Positions 1-7,984 of a stretch of DNA of 64,000 nucleotides are shown one piece after another (the first letter of the stretch is position 1; each line of letters starts with the position of its first letter). Origin of the DNA: Faecousia sp. (lineage in GTDB: Bacteria; Bacillota; Clostridia; Oscillospirales; Oscillospiraceae); contig JAZSOR010000031.1 of assembly GCA_045537035.1 (NCBI GenBank), forward strand, positions 582 through 64,581, written 5' to 3'. Both the position numbers and the translations under genes were made by a program. Under the pieces are notes generated by a model. It was not told the DNA's origin and searched no databases. It saw only the letters and a program-made list of their open reading frames with translations.

Positions 1-1112
1 GAAAGATTTTCCACAGTCGCTGCTTCCGCAAGAATCGCAGATACGGAGCTGTTAGGACCCATGATCAGCTCACTGTCGCCGTTTTCTACAGGACATTGGC
101 GCAAAGCCTGATTCTCGTGCAGGATCTGGGCATATTTATTGCCCTCAAATCCTGCATTTAATAAAGCCGTCGTTTCATGATAACCGCCAACTGTGATAGC
201 GCTGTAACCGTCGTCCTGATAGACCGTGTCTGAACCCATTACAACGCTAATCAGCGTCATGCCGTTTTTCTCTGCCAAGGCTGCAACGCATCTTCTGCCA
301 TCTTGCGCAACACCGGTTCTGCCACCAAGGACTCTTTCGTCGTAGTAAAGTTTACTGCTGGAATCTAGAAGGCTATTGCTGCTCACAAGCAGCCGCTCCC
401 CGGTCTTATTGGTAGCTGAAACCGTATACTGCGCTGTGGTGAAAATCTCACGGAAAGTTTCATTACGGATCGCTGCATCCAAAATCTTTGCCACATCCCG
501 GGCGGTTGTAAGCTGTGAATCATCATGAAGTCCATGGACATTTTTAAAAGTCGTCCCCTGACATCCAAGAGCCTGCGCGCGTCTGTTCATTTCTTCAACA
601 AATGCTTCCTGACTTCCGCTGATATGCTCAGCGATCGCAATGGCTGCATCATTGGCAGAACTGACCAGAAGACAGTATAACAAGTCCTGTAAGGACATCT
701 TCTCACCGGAGACAAGGTCAGCGCTGATGGCATCAACCGGCAAGGAAGAAACCGCAGCGTCCGAAACAGATACCATATCGGCAAGATTACCATCTTCCAC
801 TGCAATGAGTCCGGTCATGATTTTGACAAAGCTGGCCGGGTACATCTTGTCATCTGCATTCCACGCATACATAAGCGTTTCGCTGCCGGTCTCATAGACG
901 ATCGCAGCTTTCGCATTGTCAATAATTTTTTTAGGACCCAAAAGCATATTCCCTGCATCCAGACCATGGGAAGAATTTACAATTACCTGATCTGTTACTT
1001 CAGAAGAAGCATTTGTCTCCTCTGCTGCAGGCAGCGATGATGCCATAGCAGGCTGCAAAAGCAGAACAGATATCATTGCGATGGCAACGCAAATTATTGT
1101 AATTTTTTTCAT
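1..1112 (-). CDS. D-alanyl-D-alanine carboxypeptidase (peptidase S11), 3' end runs off the window
   Basis: Manual translation from ATG 1112 (SD GAGGT): signal peptide MKKITIICVAIAMISVLLLQPAMA, SxxK (YPASFVKIMT), SxN (VSSANDAA), NVHGLH, GGRTG in place of KTG. Not in the ORF track because it is truncated. Confidence 0.88.
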   Translation of the reverse strand, partial: MKKITIICVAIAMISVLLLQPAMASSLPAAEETNASSEVTDQVIVNSSHGLDAGNMLLGPKKIIDNAKAAIVYETGSETLMYAWNADDKMYPASFVKIMTGLIAVEDGNLADMVSVSDAAVSSLPVDAISADLVSGEKMSLQDLLYCLLVSSANDAAIAIAEHISGSQEAFVEEMNRRAQALGCQGTTFKNVHGLHDDSQLTTARDVAKILDAAIRNETFREIFTTAQYTVSATNKTGERLLVSSNSLLDSSSKLYYDERVLGGRTGVAQDGRRCVAALAEKNGMTLISVVMGSDTVYQDDGYSAITVGGYHETTALLNAGFEGNKYAQILHENQALRQCPVENGDSELIMGPNSSVSAILAEAATVENL

Positions 1113-1225
1113 ATTTCTACCTCAATCTATGAGAAACATACTTGTACGACATCTAATTTCCGTGTATAATGTATTTAAAATACTATAGCATTATTTCTCC
1201 TGCTCGTCAATCTGAGAGGTAACAT

Positions 1226-1597
1226 ATGATTAAAAATTTTGAGCGTTTTGCCCTTGCGCTGGTAACCGTACTGTTGATCGGTGTAATGGCAGGCATATTC
1301 ATTGGCATGCGAGCTAATCGTTCGCCGGTAACGCTACTGCCCTATGAACGCGAGACGACCGAGTCTGCCAGCGATACACAAAATATACATATCACAAACG
1401 GAAAACTTAACATTAACAGCGCTACTGTTGAAGAACTTTCCAAATTACCCGGAATTGGAGAAACATATGCGCGCCGCATTGTGGAGTATCGCAACGAACA
1501 TGGCTTGTTTATTTCGATCAGCGACCTTGAAAAAGTTTCCGGCATTGGTAAGAAGCGTTTAGAATCCATTGCCGAATACATAACAACAGGAGGTTAA
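1226..1597 (+). CDS. comEA: ComEA-family membrane-anchored helix-hairpin-helix DNA-binding protein
   Basis: N-terminal TM helix, then LNINSATVEELSKLPGIGETYARRIVEYR...VSGIGKKRLE (two HhH motifs). Confidence 0.85.
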   Translation: MIKNFERFALALVTVLLIGVMAGIFIGMRANRSPVTLLPYERETTESASDTQNIHITNGKLNINSATVEELSKLPGIGETYARRIVEYRNEHGLFISISDLEKVSGIGKKRLESIAEYITTGG

Positions 1598-1598
1598 A

Positions 1599-2276
1599 AT
1601 GAAAATTTTAGTTGTAGATGATGAAGAATTATTGGTAAAAGGAATCCGCTTTAACCTTCAAAATGATGGCTACGATGTAATTACCGGTTCAGATGGTCTG
1701 GAAGCATTGCAACTAATGCAATCAGAGAAACCCGATCTCGTTATACTTGATATCATGATGCCACGAATGGACGGCTTGACCGCTTGTGCAAAAATTCGCG
1801 AAAGCTCTAATGTCCCTATCATCCTTCTGACTGCTAAAACCGAGGATATGGATAAGCTGATCGGTTTTGATCAAGGTGCTGACGATTATCTGACGAAGCC
1901 TTTTAACATTCTGGAACTGAAAGCACGCGTGCGAGCTTTACTTCGCAGAACAGCCCCTCAGGATGACACCAACATATCGACTATGACGATCGGAGAGATC
2001 ACTCTCGATTTAAACGCAAGAGATGCTTACCACAACGGTGTGCTCGCAAATCTGACTGCAAAAGAATTCGATGTGATCGAGTTCCTGATGAAAAACCCCA
2101 ATCGCGTATATTCCCGTGAAGCGCTTCTTGATACGATTTGGGCATATGAATATCGCAGTGACATTCGTACAGTGGATGTTCATATCCGCCGACTGCGCGA
2201 AAAACTCGAAGACGACCCGGCTGATCCAAAATACATCATGACGAAATGGGGCGTTGGTTATTATTTCAAAAAATAA
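1599..2276 (+). CDS. OmpR/PhoB-family response regulator (WalR-like)
   Basis: KILVVDDE, LDIMMP, KPF receiver motifs; winged helix RTVDVHIRRLREKLEDDP...TKWGVGY. Confidence 0.95.
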   Translation: MKILVVDDEELLVKGIRFNLQNDGYDVITGSDGLEALQLMQSEKPDLVILDIMMPRMDGLTACAKIRESSNVPIILLTAKTEDMDKLIGFDQGADDYLTKPFNILELKARVRALLRRTAPQDDTNISTMTIGEITLDLNARDAYHNGVLANLTAKEFDVIEFLMKNPNRVYSREALLDTIWAYEYRSDIRTVDVHIRRLREKLEDDPADPKYIMTKWGVGYYFKK

Positions 2277-3699
2277 GCAACCAAGATTGCTGCACTGGCG
2301 CAGCACGCAATTTAATTATGCGGTTATCTATATAACGATTACAGCGATCGTTTTGCTGCTTCTGAATATTTATTGCGCAAAACTCAGCCGGGATTCTTTC
2401 TTTAACAGCAAAGAAATTTCCATGATTGAAAAATGTCGATTAGCTGCCAACGAAATTTCTGAGTTAGAGGCGTTCAACGAAAAAACCGTTGCCGATGCTT
2501 TGACAAGCATCGAGAACATGGGCATTACGCACCTTGTTGTTACCGATGAGAGTGCAAAAGCCATATTTTCCGCTGATTCAAACTATGTATTGATGGGCCA
2601 GTATGTGGTCTTTCCTGAAATCATTACTGCTTTAAAGGGAAATGATGTATTTTACAGTAGCTATCAAAGCGGTGTCATTCGTTCTTCTGCAGCCATTCCC
2701 GTATATTCCTACGGTACGCTGATTGCCTGTATTTATATACTTGAAAACGACTCTGCACAAGGCACGCTGATCGCAACGATTCAAAACAGTATTTTTACAC
2801 TGACCGTTTTTCTGGAAGTTATCGTCATCTTATTTACGCTGTTGTTCTCAAGCAAATATTTTGCCCGTTTCCGCAAAATCATGACATCTATCAAAAATGT
2901 ACGCAGCGGCGACTATTCTCATAAGCTAAAAATGTCAGGTCATGATGAGTTAACGACCCTGAGTAATGAATTTAACGATCTGATCACCCGCCTGCAGATT
3001 TCCGAAAATAAGCGAAATCAATTTGTGTCCGACGCTTCACACGAGCTGAAAACGCCCCTTGCTTCCATTAAGCTCCTGAGCGATTCCATTTTACAGAACA
3101 ACATGGATATACATACAGCCCGTGAATTTGTGGCTGACATAGGTAATGAAGCCGACCGCTTAAACAGAATGTCTCAGAAGCTCCTTTCTCTTTCCAAAGC
3201 AGACGGCACTTACGATACTGACCAGGAGATCGTTTTCATTACACCGACAATCGAGCGTGTGGTCCGTATGCTCGCAGAACTGGCGCAAACCAATCAGGTT
3301 TCCATCCAAACAGATTTATCGGGTGACCGTACAATCCTGATCTGCGAGGATGATCTCTATCAGATACTTTTCAACCTGGTTGAAAACGGCATTAAATATA
3401 ACAGACCCGGTGGTACATTGCAGATTTCCCTTTCTACTGCCGGCGACAATGTCCGTATCACGGTCAAAGATTCCGGTGTTGGCATTCCGCCGGATGCATT
3501 GAGTCATATCTTTGAGCGTTTCTACCGGGTAGATAAAGCAAGATCGCGTTCTTCCGGTGGCAGCGGTCTCGGTCTTTCGATCGTCAGAAACTTTGTTGAG
3601 CGTAACCAGGGAACGATCGAAGTGAGCAGCATCGTATCTGAAGGCACAACATTTGTAATTACCTTTCCCGTATTCTCAGTTGAGGAGGATGAAGAATGA
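2254..3699 (+). CDS. Sensor histidine kinase (2 TM, HAMP, HisKA, HATPase)
   Basis: H-box FVSDASHELKTPL, N-box NLVENGIKYN, DSGVGI, FERFYRVDKARSR, GGSGLGLSI; overlaps the end of the regulator gene. Confidence 0.95.
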   Translation: MVIISKNKQPRLLHWRSTQFNYAVIYITITAIVLLLLNIYCAKLSRDSFFNSKEISMIEKCRLAANEISELEAFNEKTVADALTSIENMGITHLVVTDESAKAIFSADSNYVLMGQYVVFPEIITALKGNDVFYSSYQSGVIRSSAAIPVYSYGTLIACIYILENDSAQGTLIATIQNSIFTLTVFLEVIVILFTLLFSSKYFARFRKIMTSIKNVRSGDYSHKLKMSGHDELTTLSNEFNDLITRLQISENKRNQFVSDASHELKTPLASIKLLSDSILQNNMDIHTAREFVADIGNEADRLNRMSQKLLSLSKADGTYDTDQEIVFITPTIERVVRMLAELAQTNQVSIQTDLSGDRTILICEDDLYQILFNLVENGIKYNRPGGTLQISLSTAGDNVRITVKDSGVGIPPDALSHIFERFYRVDKARSRSSGGSGLGLSIVRNFVERNQGTIEVSSIVSEGTTFVITFPVFSVEEDEE

Positions 3700-4187
3700 A
3701 AAAGACACTCTGCATTCTCTTAATTCTGATATTGGTACTCTCTCAAACAGCCTGTGGAAAGAATGATAAACAGATCGTTGCACCTGTAAATTTCTATTTC
3801 CCGTTGGCAAATACGGCATACGGTACACAGTCCGGTGTGATTGGCGTAGAACAATTCGATTCCAAAGATCACGAAACGGATTATTCTTATCTGTTAAGGC
3901 GTTACTTTGAGGGGCCCCAATCCGAAACGCTTAACACATTTCTGCCCAAAGGAACTGAACTCATTTCTTTCTACGACTTTGACGGAAAAGTACAGATCAT
4001 TCTTAGCTCTCAAATTTCACAACTATCGGAAGCAGATCTGACCGTTGCCTGCGCGTGTATTACACGGACAGTTATGGAACTGACCGATGCAGACTCCGTG
4101 CAGATCAGCGCCAACGATAATTCCCTGGGTGATATTGAGGCCAATCGGTTCACCTTGGTGGATTTTGTTTATTTTCAAGCGGATTAA
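3696..4187 (+). CDS. GerMN-domain lipoprotein
   Basis: Lipobox QTAC; YFEGP...LPKGTEL...CITRTVMEL..VQI pattern typical of GerMN; ATGA overlap with the kinase gene. Confidence 0.7.
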   Translation: MKKTLCILLILILVLSQTACGKNDKQIVAPVNFYFPLANTAYGTQSGVIGVEQFDSKDHETDYSYLLRRYFEGPQSETLNTFLPKGTELISFYDFDGKVQIILSSQISQLSEADLTVACACITRTVMELTDADSVQISANDNSLGDIEANRFTLVDFVYFQAD

Positions 4188-4564
4188 TCAGATATCAATA
4201 TGCCGACAGTCTCATTAGAAACAGACAGTGTAGCGTTCTTCAGTTTTGAAATACACGGAAATGCTTTATTTTCATCCAATCTTATAAACATCTTTTCCGA
4301 ATTGTTTTGAGACGAAACTATTTCAAACGCCATTTCCCCTGCGCCGGCATGTTTTGTACTAATTTTCTTATTAACAACATACTTTCCTTCAAATGGAACA
4401 CACACTCCCAGATCTACAGATCTCCCATCACAAGTCATGCGGATACGAAATATATCGGTCTGCGGTAATGTGCAAACACAATGAAAGTATGTATACAGTC
4501 CTTCCACTGTTACCTCTGCTTTTCCTGCTATCTCGTTCTTATACATCACATTATATAGATTCAT
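4184..4564 (-). CDS. Hypothetical protein (126 aa)
   Basis: ATG 4564 preceded by SD AAGGGGG; MNLYNVMYKNEIAGKAEVTVEGLYTYFHC...; no recognisable motif. Confidence 0.7.
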   Translation of the reverse strand: MNLYNVMYKNEIAGKAEVTVEGLYTYFHCVCTLPQTDIFRIRMTCDGRSVDLGVCVPFEGKYVVNKKISTKHAGAGEMAFEIVSSQNNSEKMFIRLDENKAFPCISKLKNATLSVSNETVGILISD

Positions 4565-4568
4565 AAAG

Positions 4569-4607
4569 CAATCCCCCTTGCAGCACAATATGCCGCAAGG
4601 GGGATTG
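4569..4607 (-). promoter_or_regulatory. 13-bp hairpin overlapping the RBS of 4564, with a CATAnnnT-type -10 in the loop
   Basis: Minus strand CAATCCCCCTTGC-ggCATATTGTgct-GCAAGGGGGATTG-ctttATG. Confidence 0.55.
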
Positions 4608-4611
4608 AAAT

Positions 4612-4977
4612 TCATATCATCCTAAGGTCATTTAATCCAAAGCTGACAGCGATCGCATCATCGACCATATGCATATGCGCATCATCCAGTCTACCCATAT
4701 GCTCACGCAATCTGCGCTTATCGATTGTTCGTATCTGCTCAAGCAAAATAACAGAATCCTTACTGAGCCCTACACTCCCTCCGGCAATGTTAATGTGTGT
4801 CGGAAGCCGGGCTTTTCCTGTCTGGCTGGTAATCGCAGCAGCAATCACCGTCGGTGAATGCTTGTTTCCCGTATCATTTTGTACAATCAGTACCGGGCGG
4901 GTCCCGCCCTGCTCACTGCCAACAACCGGTGAAAGGTCTGCGTAGAATATATCTCCCCGTTTGACCGTGGTATCCAT
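4612..4977 (-). CDS. mazF: MazF/PemK-family mRNA interferase (NdoA/EndoA-like)
   Basis: [47 protein letters not shown]...[13 protein letters not shown]; ATG 4977 with SD GGAG. Confidence 0.95.
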   Translation of the reverse strand: MDTTVKRGDIFYADLSPVVGSEQGGTRPVLIVQNDTGNKHSPTVIAAAITSQTGKARLPTHINIAGGSVGLSKDSVILLEQIRTIDKRRLREHMGRLDDAHMHMVDDAIAVSFGLNDLRMI

Positions 4978-5042
4978 GTTCGTCACACTCCGCGAGAAAT
5001 CATTGCCAACGCTACCATTTTCGTATGTAACGCGGCTGAACA

Positions 5043-5072
5043 TATTCTTCCACGCACAATCAGAAAATATAC
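5043..5072 (-). promoter_or_regulatory. Putative SigF/SigG-type promoter of mazF
   Basis: Minus strand GTATA-N15-tGGAAGAATA versus Bacillus SigF consensus GYWTA-N15-GGNRAHAHTR. Confidence 0.4.
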
Positions 5073-5114
5073 GGTAGTGCTTTCAAGATATTCTATGCAG
5101 AACCGGACAAAAAG

Positions 5115-5672
5115 CTACACAAACGCAAACTTTTCAATATCCATCGACAAGATACGCTTTCCTCTCCATAAAAATTCCGCCCGTATGGGGGTCTCATTTT
5201 TATCTGTATAAATGTCAACATGCATTGCGTCTTCTTTATAGCTGTCGTCGATTTGTATATGCATTCCTTCATCCGTAGTGGCGCAACCCTTAATATAACC
5301 GCTTCGTAAAGTGCGGATAAAGAGCCAGGGAGCGCTGACCGGGGTAACCTGTCCGTCCGCGATCATCTCAAAGGCAAGTACTTCATCGTCAAAAGTCAAG
5401 TTACCACCCTCTGCGGTAATATGACCGCTGATGCCACTGATCGACTCCGGTTCAATAACAGAAAAATTGACCCTTCCGGTGGCATCCGCTTCGCAGTTCA
5501 TTGTAAATGTGTAGAGTTTATCCCCATAATCAGCTGTGATCTGTGACTCGAATTTACATCCTTTTGCCTGCAGAATTGATTCTCGCATTTGTACCGCTTT
5601 GTCGATTGCAGAATTATTTTTACAACCGCATAATGTCAACAGTATCAGAAATACTGCCGCAAATCGCTTCAT
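5115..5672 (-). CDS. Lipoprotein, LolA-like fold (YdcC/GerS-type position)
   Basis: Lipobox LCGC; beta-rich body with FSVIEPESISGI; occupies the slot between nnrD and the usual alr-ndoA genes. Confidence 0.6.
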   Translation of the reverse strand: MKRFAAVFLILLTLCGCKNNSAIDKAVQMRESILQAKGCKFESQITADYGDKLYTFTMNCEADATGRVNFSVIEPESISGISGHITAEGGNLTFDDEVLAFEMIADGQVTPVSAPWLFIRTLRSGYIKGCATTDEGMHIQIDDSYKEDAMHVDIYTDKNETPIRAEFLWRGKRILSMDIEKFAFV

Positions 5673-6532
5673 ATCATCCCACCATTATTCAGTAGTCGTG
5701 GCAGAACATTCACAATATCGCTTGGCAGCATGCTGTATTGACCGAGCTCCTCAGCGCAAATATCACCTGCGGCGCCGTGGAGCCAAACACCTGCAGCAGC
5801 TGCAACCATTGGGTCAAGTCCTTGACCAAGCAGACCCAGGATCATGCCGGCAAGCACATCACCGCTGCCGCCAACTGCCATACCGGGGTTACCGGTGGTG
5901 TTAATATAGCAGCTTTGGCCGTCAGTTATTACCGTTTTATGTCCTTTTAAAACAACAATGGAACCGGTCTCGTTCGCAAGCGTAACTGCGCCATTCGTCC
6001 TGCCTGCTTCCAGCGAACCACCAAAACGACAGAATTCACCCTCATGAGGCGTTAAAATTGTCGGACTTGTCCTTCCACGCAATACATCTTTATGCGTCTG
6101 CATAACATTTATTCCGTCAGCATCCAAAACAACAGGGCCGCTGTAATTTTCCAGTATCCAGCGCACGACCTGCTCCACATGATCTGACCTGCCGAGACCG
6201 GGACCAACTAAGATTGCATCCATTCCGTCAATCAAAAGAGACAACTTTGGGATAGCCGCTGTACTAAGCATACCGTCTTCATCCGGTAGGGGCATAATAA
6301 TCGGTTCCAACAATTTGATCGCTTCGATCCCATAGATAGATTCCGGAACACCTAAGTACACAAGTCCGGCGCCGATGCGCAAAGCGCCCATCGCAGCCAA
6401 AGCCGGTGCGCCGGTATAGCCGACACTGCCGCACAGCAGCAGGATCTTGCCGTAGTCTCCTTTATGGGTTTCCGCTTTTCTTTCAGGAAAATACTGTAGC
6501 ACTTCTGCTTTTGTTAACTGTTTCATTTCCAT
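5669..6532 (-). CDS. nnrD: ADP-dependent NAD(P)H-hydrate dehydratase
   Basis: HKGDYG, GSVGYTGAPALAA, GPGLGRS, LDADG, TPHEGEF, GGSGDVLAG, WLHGAAGD; start placed at MEMKQL. Confidence 0.93.
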   Translation of the reverse strand: MEMKQLTKAEVLQYFPERKAETHKGDYGKILLLCGSVGYTGAPALAAMGALRIGAGLVYLGVPESIYGIEAIKLLEPIIMPLPDEDGMLSTAAIPKLSLLIDGMDAILVGPGLGRSDHVEQVVRWILENYSGPVVLDADGINVMQTHKDVLRGRTSPTILTPHEGEFCRFGGSLEAGRTNGAVTLANETGSIVVLKGHKTVITDGQSCYINTTGNPGMAVGGSGDVLAGMILGLLGQGLDPMVAAAAGVWLHGAAGDICAEELGQYSMLPSDIVNVLPRLLNNGGMI

Positions 6533-6611
6533 ACCAATCACCCATTTTTCTATTTTTGATATCATAACATCGCATAATATTACCGTCAATCATTCATTTC
6601 ATATTTTATCC

Positions 6612-6640
6612 TTGCATTTTCCGGCGTATTATGTTATGAT
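6612..6640 (+). promoter_or_regulatory. SigA promoter of pheST
   Basis: TTGCAT-N17-TATGAT with extended -10 TG. Confidence 0.65.
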
Positions 6641-6654
6641 GTCTTGGAATATGT

Positions 6655-6900
6655 AAAAGCTGTGAATGGGCTGTCGTGCATTGATTTAGCGACTTCAGAG
6701 AGAGCGGGATGGTGGGATCCGCTTGCGTGTAATGTATGGCTTTCTCCCGGGAGCTGCCGTCTGAATCTCAGTAGGACGCGCCGGACGATCACCGTTATCG
6801 GTCACGATGTTTACATCATAAGCTGCGCTTTTTGCGAATTGCGGGTGGTACCGCGGAGGTTATCCTTCGTCCCGATTGGGATGAAGGTTTATTTTTTATC
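6655..6900 (+). ncRNA. T-box riboswitch (Phe)
   Basis: AG box CAGAGAG, GGTG, specifier TTC near 6742, T-box AATTGCGGGTGGTACCGCG 6837-6855, terminator CCTTCGTCCC/GGGATGAAGG plus T-run; lies upstream of pheS. Confidence 0.93.
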
Positions 6901-6928
6901 TATTATTCCATTGTAAGGAGATATTGTA

Positions 6929-7972
6929 ATGAAAGAACAACTGGAACTGATTCAGCAGCAAGCCATCGCTGCGCTGAATGAAGTCAGCACCCCTTCTGAA
7001 CTGGAAGAACTGCGTGTTCGTTTCTTGGGTAAGAAAGGCGAACTGACTGCTGTATTGAAGATGATGGGCAAGCTTTCTGCCGAAGAACGCCCCGTTATGG
7101 GTCAGATCGCAAACGCTGTCCGTGCTGAAATCGAAAGCAAACTGGAAGAAAAGAAAGCTTCTATCAATGCAGCTGTTTTGGAATCCAAGCTGGCTGCAGA
7201 AGCGATTGATGTAACGATTCCCGGTCAGTCTGTTGAGATCGGTCATGAGCACCCCATGAATAAGGTGCTTCAGGAGATCAAGGACATTTTTGTCGGTATG
7301 GGCTACCAGATCGTCGACGGTCCGGAAGTCGAACTGGCTGACTACAACTTTACCCGTTTGAATATCGAAGAAGGTCATCCTTCCAGAGATCGTTCTGACA
7401 CCTTCTACTTTACTGACGATGACAGTGTGCTTCTGCGGACCCAGACCAGCCCCATGCAGATTCGCGTCATGGAGAACGCAAAGCCGCCTATTTGCATTCT
7501 GGCTCCCGGCCGCGTGTACCGCAAGGATGAAGCAGACGCTACTCACTCCCCTATGTTCCACCAGATCGAAGGTCTTGTTGTGGACGAGAACATTACCATG
7601 GGCGACCTGAAGGGTGCATTGACCACTGTTATGAAGCGGATTTACGGTCAGGATGCGCAAATGCGCTTCCGTCCCCACCATTTCCCCTTTACTGAGCCCA
7701 GCTGTGAGATGGATATGCAGTGCCATAAGTGTCACGGTACCGGTGAAGTTGACGGACAGGTCTGCTCCACCTGTCACGGCGAAGGCTGGATCGAGTTACT
7801 TGGCGCCGGCATGGTCCATCCCAAGGTTTTGGAGTGCTGTGGTATTGACCCTGATAAGTATTCCGGTTTTGCTTTCGGTATGGGTCTTGAGCGTATGGCA
7901 ATGGGTCGTATGCGCATCAACGATCTTCGTTTGATTTTTGATAACGATGTTCGTTTCCTGAATCAGTTCTAA
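6929..7972 (+). CDS. pheS: Phenylalanine-tRNA ligase alpha subunit
   Basis: LLRTQTSPMQIR, PGRVYR, HSPMFHQIEG, FRPHHFPFTEPS, GFAFGMGLER. Confidence 0.98.
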   Translation: MKEQLELIQQQAIAALNEVSTPSELEELRVRFLGKKGELTAVLKMMGKLSAEERPVMGQIANAVRAEIESKLEEKKASINAAVLESKLAAEAIDVTIPGQSVEIGHEHPMNKVLQEIKDIFVGMGYQIVDGPEVELADYNFTRLNIEEGHPSRDRSDTFYFTDDDSVLLRTQTSPMQIRVMENAKPPICILAPGRVYRKDEADATHSPMFHQIEGLVVDENITMGDLKGALTTVMKRIYGQDAQMRFRPHHFPFTEPSCEMDMQCHKCHGTGEVDGQVCSTCHGEGWIELLGAGMVHPKVLECCGIDPDKYSGFAFGMGLERMAMGRMRINDLRLIFDNDVRFLNQF

Positions 7973-7984
7973 GGAGGTGCGGAA

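Noticed and set aside
631-638. GCGATCGC (HIP1-like) octamer at 631, 4649, 13811, 46198 and 55429, plus frequent GATC
   Set aside because: All copies are in coding DNA and fit Ala-Ile-Ala codons; enrichment cannot be shown without a codon-aware count.
6644-6916. ORFs over leaders (6644-6916, 57109-57321, 63726-63983)
   Set aside because: They overlay T-box or OLE RNA structure and have no coding features.
7720-7790. CxxCxGxG x2 zinc finger in PheS
   Set aside because: A four-Cys insert here is common in Firmicute PheS; this one only has a slightly longer loop.
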